Below are positions 1 to 6,676 of a stretch of DNA of 40,334 nt, one piece after another. The stretch spans positions 1 to 40,334 of the forward strand of contig WJJD01000155.1 of NCBI GenBank assembly GCA_014729915.1, given 5' to 3'. Origin of the DNA: Candidatus Woesearchaeota archaeon (lineage in GTDB: Archaea > Nanobdellota > Nanobdellia > Woesearchaeales > GW2011-AR15). The notes under the pieces are model-generated. The model was not told the origin of the DNA. It made no database searches and worked only from the letters and a program-made list of their open reading frames with translations. A program made the position numbers and the translations under genes. Positions within the stretch are counted from its first letter, which is position 1, and every line of letters starts with the position of its first letter.

Positions 1-43
1 AAATTGATATAAACAACAACTCTTTTATTTTTTTTAGGTACAT
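1..43 (-). CDS. 5' end of a gene running off the left window edge (MYLKKIKELLFISI..., possibly a signal peptide)
   Basis: Minus-strand ATG at 43, frame open to the edge. Archaeal SD GAGGTGA at 56-50. Basic then hydrophobic N-terminus. Only 14 codons are visible. Confidence 0.5.
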   Translation of the reverse strand, partial: MYLKKIKELLFISI

Positions 44-72
44 ATTCTGTCACCTCAGATAGATTTGTACCT

Positions 73-101
73 AATCACCCCTTAGCTTATAAGGGGTGAT
101 T
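73..101. repeat. Perfect 12-bp inverted repeat (hairpin) in a divergent intergenic region
   Basis: AATCACCCCTTA (73-84), loop GCTTA, TAAGGGGTGATT (90-101). Confidence 0.75.
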
Positions 102-189
102 TCATTTATATGAGTTTTGGTCGTTTTTCAGAATACCCATTAATGTTCTATAATAAAGCTTATATTCTATTCATTATTTAATTAATGTA

Positions 190-1935
190 ATGAAAAAAAG
201 AGGAATTGAATCTATTGAGCAATGGATGATTATTATTGCTGGTTTTGTTATCGGAGGATTAGTCTTTGTTGGAGGATACAAACTTATTTCTTTGCAGGTC
301 AAGAATAATGAAATCAATAATATAAAAGATAATTTTCACCGATTAAAAAATGTGATGCAGGAAAGTTGTTATTCCGGAAAAAACAGCCTTAATTCAGATT
401 CATTTACTTTCTCTTCATTAGTTAATAACCTCTCTATAAAAAACTCATCCAACCAAAAATACGAGTCAGGAGATCAGTTATGCATAAACATCCAGGGCAC
501 CGGAGAGATATGTGAAAAATTAAAAAACTGTTATTATATTATGGAAACAATTGATCAGACTCAAAATGAAAGTATATTGTATCTTGTAAATAAGATATTA
601 AAAAGAACAAAAAATATTAATGTGAATTTGTTTGTTAAAAAATCAAATGTAACTAAGGTGTGCACGACTTGGAAAAAAAAACTGAATAAACAATCTGAGT
701 TTTATTTATCTGACTCTCTTGTTAAAAGGGGAGGAGGTTGTATAGATTCCTGTCAATGCAGTTCTGGTTATATTTGCACCAAAACTTCACACTGCTGTCC
801 AAAAGGAAAAGAATATATTAATGGTGTATGTGCTTTGACCTGCACAGAAGATCATTGGAAGTATTCTGACGGGGATTGTAAACCTGATAATAAGTTAACA
901 AGATCATGGTCTAAAATATCTCAATGTGAAAACGGTGTTTCTCATCCTAATCAAGAAAAAATTGATTGTACTTATGCTTCTGCATGTCAAAAACCAAGTA
1001 TTGGGGAAGCAAAAAACTATCTGGAAATAAAACAAGGGAACATACCAATTCTTTTAGCAATAGGTCATGCCGGTTGGAAAAAGGCCGGAAATAAAAGAAA
1101 TGAAGGATATGCAGCTGACCCATTACTTTATGAGCTTGTAGATATCTTAAGAACACAACTAAGTCAAAAAACAAATGGATTAAAACCTTACATTGTATAT
1201 AACCAGGCAAATAGAAATTATATGAATCCAAACAGACCTATTGGACACAATGAAGCCTATAATTCTAATAACCAGCTTGCAGAAAATATTTACTTTGGTT
1301 TTCATGATTATGTAGACTACATGGTGTGTAAATTAGAAGAAAAATTCGGACAAGATATGGGTATTTTAATTAATCCTCATACAACAGATCTTAGCTGGGA
1401 CAGAGGACATGACAGATATCATAAACCCTGGGATAGGATTTGTGAAATCGGAATTTATGCAAATATTAATAACTTAGACTCAAAGAAAAACACAATGCAA
1501 TCCCTATACCAGAGAAAAGGTGGTGGTGCAGTCAGGGGAGAAAACAGTATTCCATATTATTTATATCATGCACAGAACTGGCCAAACGAAGCAGCTGTTT
1601 GGCCTGATGTAAATAATAAAAATTCAAAAACAGAAACAATAAATGGAAATGATGTCTGGCATGTTATCCCGGCAAAAATTAATGGAAATTGGGAAACTGC
1701 TTTGTTTAATGGTGCACAAACAATAATTTGGCACAGTACCCAGACTTACAACAGAAATCAAAGATGGCAATATGGTATTGATGCTTTCCAGATAGAGATG
1801 AATTACCGCAAAGATTCCGGGTTTGGAAAAAGCGGAGGAAACCTTGATGATACTTTTGCAAATATGTTTATAGATGATTTTACAGATGCAATTCTTTTTA
1901 GCCTGGAAAAAAATTATGACTGGACTATGGAATAA
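190..1935 (+). CDS. Pilin-like (class III signal peptide) protein with Cys-rich linker and C-terminal N-formylglutamate amidohydrolase-like Zn-hydrolase domain
   Basis: MKKRG|IESIE followed by a hydrophobic helix (E at +5). Cys-rich segment at about aa 180-270. C-terminal motifs GNIPILLAIGHAG, RNYMNPNR, FHDYV, GILINPH and IDAFQIEM resemble the FGase / Zn-exopeptidase superfamily. Confidence 0.65.
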   Translation: MKKRGIESIEQWMIIIAGFVIGGLVFVGGYKLISLQVKNNEINNIKDNFHRLKNVMQESCYSGKNSLNSDSFTFSSLVNNLSIKNSSNQKYESGDQLCINIQGTGEICEKLKNCYYIMETIDQTQNESILYLVNKILKRTKNINVNLFVKKSNVTKVCTTWKKKLNKQSEFYLSDSLVKRGGGCIDSCQCSSGYICTKTSHCCPKGKEYINGVCALTCTEDHWKYSDGDCKPDNKLTRSWSKISQCENGVSHPNQEKIDCTYASACQKPSIGEAKNYLEIKQGNIPILLAIGHAGWKKAGNKRNEGYAADPLLYELVDILRTQLSQKTNGLKPYIVYNQANRNYMNPNRPIGHNEAYNSNNQLAENIYFGFHDYVDYMVCKLEEKFGQDMGILINPHTTDLSWDRGHDRYHKPWDRICEIGIYANINNLDSKKNTMQSLYQRKGGGAVRGENSIPYYLYHAQNWPNEAAVWPDVNNKNSKTETINGNDVWHVIPAKINGNWETALFNGAQTIIWHSTQTYNRNQRWQYGIDAFQIEMNYRKDSGFGKSGGNLDDTFANMFIDDFTDAILFSLEKNYDWTME

Positions 1936-2146
1936 TATTATGTTTTGCTAAACCAAAAATGATTAGCCTCTCTTAAATTTTTCACATTCGATAATATAAA
2001 TAGAAAATCCTTTCTCCTTCATTTTTTCAGAATCTTTTTGATCCTGGCAATTTGTTCTTTTTCCGCAGTTATTGCAAATTGACAACTTTTCCCTCTATAA
2101 ATAATTAAGAACAAAAGTTACTTTTATATTTTTCTGTTAAGAAATA

Positions 2147-2268
2147 TGGACCCGGAGGGACTTTCATATCCAAAGCAATGCTTTTGGATTTTTGAACCCT
2201 CGACCCACTGCTTAGAAGGCAGTTGCCCTTTCTGTCTTAATAAAGAATCCAGACTAGGCTACGGGTCC
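2147..2268 (-). tRNA. tRNA-Arg(UCU) with two non-canonical introns (D-loop, about 17 nt; T-loop, 30 nt)
   Basis: Acceptor stem GGACCCG/CGGGTCC with discriminator A. D stem GCCT/GGGC. Anticodon arm ACTGC-CTTCTAA-GCAGT (TCT at 2216-2214). T stem GAGGG/CCCTC. Extra sequence at about 2246-2230 and at 2190-2161 forms BHB-like helices. Confidence 0.9.
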
Positions 2269-2310
2269 TTAACCTTTGAAGAATAAATATCTTGTTTTAA
2301 AGTTTTTTGT

Positions 2311-2390
2311 TTAAATCCACTTCTCCATGGAAAGATCATCATAATATTTCCCTTGTATTTGATCTCTTTTTTAAAAACAGCTGCTTTTTT
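2311..2390 (-). pseudogene. Probable 3' remnant of a GNAT acetyltransferase gene
   Basis: With a 1-nt frameshift it reads KKAAVFKKEIKYKG-KYYDDLSMEKWI*, resembling the GxYxDxxxM C-terminus of GNATs. No 5' part is present. Confidence 0.35.
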
Positions 2391-2510
2391 ATGGATTAAT
2401 TTTCTTTTTTCTTCAAATAAAACTTTTTATAATTACAGAAAGTTATAAAAGTTATAAATTTCCAAAAAGTTTATATTATACAACTCATTTTAAATAGCCG
2501 GGTGTTAATA

Positions 2511-2750
2511 ATGGATGTAAGTATTAAAAACATTCCTGACAAGGATTGGAGGGCATTTAAAGTTGAGGCTGCAAAGCACAATCTAAAGACAGGAGAGATG
2601 TTTTCAAAGCTAGTAAATGAGCACAAAGAAAAATGTGAAAAGGGCAACTGGAAAAAATTTTTATACAGTGAAAAAACATTGACAGAAAAAGACACTAAAA
2701 TCATAAAAGAATCTATAAAAATATTCAGAAGAGATACTGAATTTAGATGA
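2511..2750 (+). CDS. VapB-like antitoxin (ribbon-helix-helix/Arc-like N-terminus)
   Basis: MDVSIKNIPDKDWRAFKVEAAKHNL... beta-helix-helix pattern. ATGA overlap with the downstream PIN gene. ATG at 2511 is preceded by GGTG. Confidence 0.75.
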   Translation: MDVSIKNIPDKDWRAFKVEAAKHNLKTGEMFSKLVNEHKEKCEKGNWKKFLYSEKTLTEKDTKIIKESIKIFRRDTEFR

Positions 2751-3148
2751 AATTATTAAAATATATTTTGGATACGAATATCTATATTGAAATAGAAAGA
2801 AATAATCAATCTATTAAAAAAAAAATCGAGAGTTATCTTAAAAAAAAAAATGGACTTCTTTATTTAACTTCACCGACATATACTGAATTATTTTATGGAT
2901 TTTTAAAGAGAAATCCTAAAGATATTAAAAAAAAGCTTGAAAAGTTAAACAGCCTGCCTGTATTAAATACTTCTAAGAGAAGTGCATTAATGTGTGCAGA
3001 TTTAAAACATAATCTTGAAAAAAAAGGAAAAATAATTCCGATATTTGATCTTTTTATTGCAAGCATAGTTATTGCAAACAAAGGAATTTTAATTACAAGC
3101 GATCCGCATTTTAAAGAGATTGGTAAAATTAGGTTAATTTATTTATAA
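2747..3148 (+). CDS. vapC: VapC-like PIN-domain toxin
   Basis: YILDTNIYIE, TYTELFYG and FDLFIASI...LITSDPHF carry the PIN acidic residues. 133 aa, paired with the upstream small gene. Confidence 0.9.
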   Translation: MKLLKYILDTNIYIEIERNNQSIKKKIESYLKKKNGLLYLTSPTYTELFYGFLKRNPKDIKKKLEKLNSLPVLNTSKRSALMCADLKHNLEKKGKIIPIFDLFIASIVIANKGILITSDPHFKEIGKIRLIYL

Positions 3149-3188
3149 TTTTTTCAAAACCTGTGTTTTAAAGGTTATATATACATAA

Positions 3189-3301
3189 ATTATAGAGAAT
3201 TTTGAAAAACATCAAAATTCTTTAAGAAGAACTTTGAATTATTCTCTATAAACATCTGAAAATAGAGATCAATTTATAGGTAATTCAAAGTTCTCTATAA
3301 T
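3189..3301. repeat. 113-bp element bounded by 18-bp inverted repeats, with an internal partial copy (MITE-like or operator array)
   Basis: ATTATAGAGAATTTTGAA (3189-3206) matches the reverse complement of 3284-3301 at 17/18. AGAACTTTGAATTA (3228-3241) is the perfect reverse complement of 3281-3294. Confidence 0.55.
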
Positions 3302-3310
3302 AAAAAAATT

Positions 3311-4624
3311 ATGTTTTTGCTGGACACCCCAAAACATAATGAGAAAAACTTATCTTTTAAAATGTCAAAATCATACATCAGAACTAGTGATATTATCATA
3401 AGAAAAGAATATTTTGGCGGGATTGCCTTTAATAAACAAAATGCAGTAAATCTTGAACTTGATAAAGAAGGCTTTTTTTTATTATCAATCCTTGAAAAAC
3501 CATTATCTTTAAAGAAAATAAAAAATAAACTTAACCTGCATTTCTCAAAAATCTTTTTAAACTCAGAAATTAAACCTATTTTGGATTCATTAAAAAAAAA
3601 CGGATTTGTAAAGATTATACATTTACCGTGCAATTTTAAAAAACCTCAGAAATTTAATGAAAACAACTTTCTTCCAAATGTTTTATCAGCTCCTGAAACT
3701 GTACATCTTTCTGTCACTGGAAAATGCAATTTAAATTGTGTTTTTTGTTATGGAAAATCAAAAACTCCTGACCTTTCCAAAAAAGAGATTTTCAGGATGA
3801 TTGATACATTATCATCAATGAGAGTATTTCAGCTTGCAATAGGAGGGGGAGAACCTTTTTTAAGAAAAGATATCTTTGAGATAATAGACTACACCAGACA
3901 AAAAAATATTATTCCAAACATAACAACAAACGGAACTCTTATTACAAAGGAGATTATAGAGAAAATAAAAAATAAAATAGGTCAATTAAATCTCAGTTAT
4001 TATGAAAATTTCAAAAAACTAAATGATATTTTACAACTTTTAATAAAAAACAATATCAGAACTGGTATAAATATCTTGGTTACAAAAAAGAATCTACCAG
4101 TACTAAAAAATATTATAAATGATCTGTTAAGATATGATATCGCAAATATAATTATCCTAAGACCAAAACCAGGAAAAAATAAAAAATGGTATCAACAAAA
4201 TCAATTTTCTAAAAAAGAATTAAATAAATTAAAAAAAGTACTTGACAAATATCAAAAAAAAATAAATGTTGACTGTTCGCTGACATGTCTGATGTATAAT
4301 ATTCCAAAACAAGAATTACAAAAAAATTCTGTTTTTGGCTGTGTTGCAGGATCTAGATTTTGTACAATAAAAAATAACGGTGATGTATTCCCTTGCTCAT
4401 TTTTTAATGAAAAAGACTATCTTGCCGGAAATATCGTTAAAACAGACTTTGAAAAAATCTGGAAAAAATCACAAACATTTAAAAAATTCAGAAAGTTAAC
4501 TAAAAAAATAAAAGGAAAATGTAGAACTTGTGAAATAAAAGAACACTGCAAAGGTTGCAGAAGAATAGTGTTGGAATTTGGAGATGATTTTTATGATTCA
4601 GATAAAGGATGCCTAAAGAGGTGA
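3311..4624 (+). CDS. Radical SAM/SPASM protein with N-terminal PqqD/MftB-like (RRE) domain
   Basis: CNLNCVFC radical SAM motif and GGGEPF. SPASM motifs CVAG...GDVFPC and CRTCEIKEHCKGC...C. N-terminal RKEYFGGIAFN...LELDKEGFFLL resembles an RRE winged helix. True start may be the ATG at 3362. Confidence 0.85.
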   Translation: MFLLDTPKHNEKNLSFKMSKSYIRTSDIIIRKEYFGGIAFNKQNAVNLELDKEGFFLLSILEKPLSLKKIKNKLNLHFSKIFLNSEIKPILDSLKKNGFVKIIHLPCNFKKPQKFNENNFLPNVLSAPETVHLSVTGKCNLNCVFCYGKSKTPDLSKKEIFRMIDTLSSMRVFQLAIGGGEPFLRKDIFEIIDYTRQKNIIPNITTNGTLITKEIIEKIKNKIGQLNLSYYENFKKLNDILQLLIKNNIRTGINILVTKKNLPVLKNIINDLLRYDIANIIILRPKPGKNKKWYQQNQFSKKELNKLKKVLDKYQKKINVDCSLTCLMYNIPKQELQKNSVFGCVAGSRFCTIKNNGDVFPCSFFNEKDYLAGNIVKTDFEKIWKKSQTFKKFRKLTKKIKGKCRTCEIKEHCKGCRRIVLEFGDDFYDSDKGCLKR

Positions 4625-4628
4625 TTTG

Positions 4629-5213
4629 ATGAAAATAATAAGCAAAAAAAAATATTTTGATTGTGACCATAGTTCTGTTAGTTATGAATTTATATCTGAT
4701 AAAAAGATATCTGATGAGGCAAAAAACTTTGCAAGACAAAGCAGCAGCCGTTTTAGAATCAGCAGGCATAAACTTGAAATTACAATTCCCGGAGAACATT
4801 ATCTTTATGATCATATCCAGGATACTCTTCTAGAAAAATATAACATTCCTTTGTTAATTTATGAAGATTACGACTGGTGGAACTTTTTAATTATGCTTGA
4901 ATATGATGAAAAAATGATGAAGGAACTTAAAAAATATGATGATGTTGGATCTGATCACACAATTCATATTACAAAAAAAAGTAAAAAAATCGAAATCTGG
5001 ATAACTGTACATATAAACTATGGTTATTCTCAGGACGAATCTCCCTTTAATATACTTGAAGATATTTTTCTTGATATAAGAGAAGATATCTTAAGCAAGA
5101 ATTTTGAATCATTGGACATATTAAAAATGTATTGTGAAGAAAAAGATATTTCAGATTATAAAACCAGTTCAGAATTGTATGATAGATTAATTTCCATATT
5201 AGACAAACACTAG
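4629..5213 (+). CDS. Hypothetical acidic protein coupled to the radical SAM gene
   Basis: About 194-aa ORF. SD GAGGTGA overlaps the rSAM stop codon. No recognisable motif. Confidence 0.7.
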   Translation: MKIISKKKYFDCDHSSVSYEFISDKKISDEAKNFARQSSSRFRISRHKLEITIPGEHYLYDHIQDTLLEKYNIPLLIYEDYDWWNFLIMLEYDEKMMKELKKYDDVGSDHTIHITKKSKKIEIWITVHINYGYSQDESPFNILEDIFLDIREDILSKNFESLDILKMYCEEKDISDYKTSSELYDRLISILDKH

Positions 5214-5294
5214 TGTGTTATTTTAAATTTGATAAAGTTCATGTTCAGAAAGAATTTTGTTAGGATGAAAATAACAAAACAACCGAGTATTTAT

Positions 5295-6444
5295 GAGTAG
5301 TCCCGATTGAATCAGATTTTTTGTAGATTTGAAATCAAAAAACAAATTGCCAAAGAAAATATTGGTTAAATTAGTCACTGATTCACACATGATTTCTGAA
5401 TAACAACTCAAAAAGTTTGTAAAATAACGTAAAACTTTCAAAGAACAATAGTTTTCCAATTACAAAAAATTATGATTTTATAACAAAAGTGTCACCAATC
5501 TTTTGATAGATGAGTAATACCTCAGCACAAGAGGAGGATCAATTTCATTTTGAGAAAAGTAAACTTCTTTTTTCAGGAATGAAAGACCTTATAAATAACC
5601 ACAGATTATACCTTGCAACAGCATAACAAAAATAAAAAAATCTAATTATTTTGTTCTGAGAAGTTGTTTTAGGCAGGAAGATATTTTAGGGTAGGTGCTT
5701 TCCTGTTCTCCATACTATTAGTGATTTTGACATATCTAAAACCCCTATCCAAGAGAACAAGTTTTATCTCAACAAACTGTTTAGCATTAAGGATTAATTC
5801 ATCAAGAATTTCAGGCAAATTACCATCTTTTGTATAGATTTTTAGACCCAAAGTTATAATCTTATTTTTATACATAGCTTGCATTGTCAAATATTTGAAA
5901 AAGTAATTTGTTCCATTTTTATGTTTAGCACCTCTAACACTTTTATTTTCTTTTCTATCTTTTGAATAGGTTTCCTGTTCATGGAGGTCAAATATTAAAG
6001 TTTCTTAGTACTTTTTTCCTTTCTTTGTTTTAGGGAACATTTTGAAAAACTGTTTTTTGAAAATATTTTCAAACTGTTCATCAACATCTTCATAAAGCAA
6101 TTTCTTTATTTTGGAAAGTAAAGAGTTCCCGTTTGGTACATCGTCCATTTCATTCATCACTTGACTACTATTTTCAGCACAGGTTTTGAATAAGCTCATA
6201 AAACTAACTAAGTTAAAATATTGACTCTCATCAAACTTAATCTTTTTAGTCCTATTAAGACTCAACATGTTGTTGATTTGTTCTCTTGCAGAGAATAGTA
6301 AGGTTTTTAATTCACTTAATTTTATTTCATTTTGCATGTGATCATCATTACATGCTTGCATGTAAGAGAACTTAACTTTTTCTCTTATTGCAATTTTTTT
6401 AGAATTCTTTATCCTATATATTAAATTTTCAATCGGCCCTACTG
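5295..6444 (-). mobile_element. Decayed ISH3-family-like insertion sequence
   Basis: Imperfect terminal inverted repeats GAGTAGTCCCGATTGAA (5295-5311) and CAGTAGGGCCGATTGAA (reverse complement of 6428-6444), 14/17 identical, enclose transposase fragments. No clear target-site duplication. Confidence 0.7.
5545..6337 (-). pseudogene. DDE transposase pseudogene (ISH3-like)
   Basis: ORFs 6005-6460 and 5669-5890 are one frame split by TAA at 6007-6005 (IFDLH...VRGAKHKNGTNYFFKYLT...VLLDRGF). After an apparent deletion/frameshift near 5690 another frame gives FLPKTTSQNKIIRFFYF...YNLW. Confidence 0.8.
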
Positions 6445-6496
6445 TCAATATTAATAACAATTAATTAACTACTTTTTAATAGTAAAAATAGAAACA

Positions 6497-6504
6497 TTTA
6501 AATA
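6497..6504 (+). promoter_or_regulatory. Candidate archaeal TATA box for the RHH/678-aa operon (leaderless)
   Basis: GAAACA-TTTAAATA about 26 nt upstream of ATG 6530. AT-rich context limits certainty. Confidence 0.4.
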
Positions 6505-6529
6505 CCAATAATATAATTATTTAATAGTA

Positions 6530-6676
6530 ATGACAAAAATAGGGATAAGTGTAACAATTAAACCTGAAACATTACTCATTTTAAGAAAATTAATGAGACT
6601 ACAAAAAAAGAAAAAAAGCCATGTTGTAGAGGAAGCTATATTGAAGTATGCAAGAGAGGTAGGAAAAGATGAGTAA
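6530..6676 (+). CDS. Small ribbon-helix-helix (CopG-like) protein, 48 aa (not in ORF track)
   Basis: MTKIGISVTIKPETLLILRKLMRLQKKKKSHVVEEAILKYAREVGKDE*: alternating beta strand, helix, then SxxVxEAI helix. Overlaps the start of the ORF at 6669. Confidence 0.8.
   Translation: MTKIGISVTIKPETLLILRKLMRLQKKKKSHVVEEAILKYAREVGKDE

Noticed and set aside
5223-5459. 78-aa minus-strand ORF as a gene or RiPP precursor
   Set aside because: It spans the IS terminal repeat, is on the opposite strand to the rSAM gene, and has no precursor-like features.
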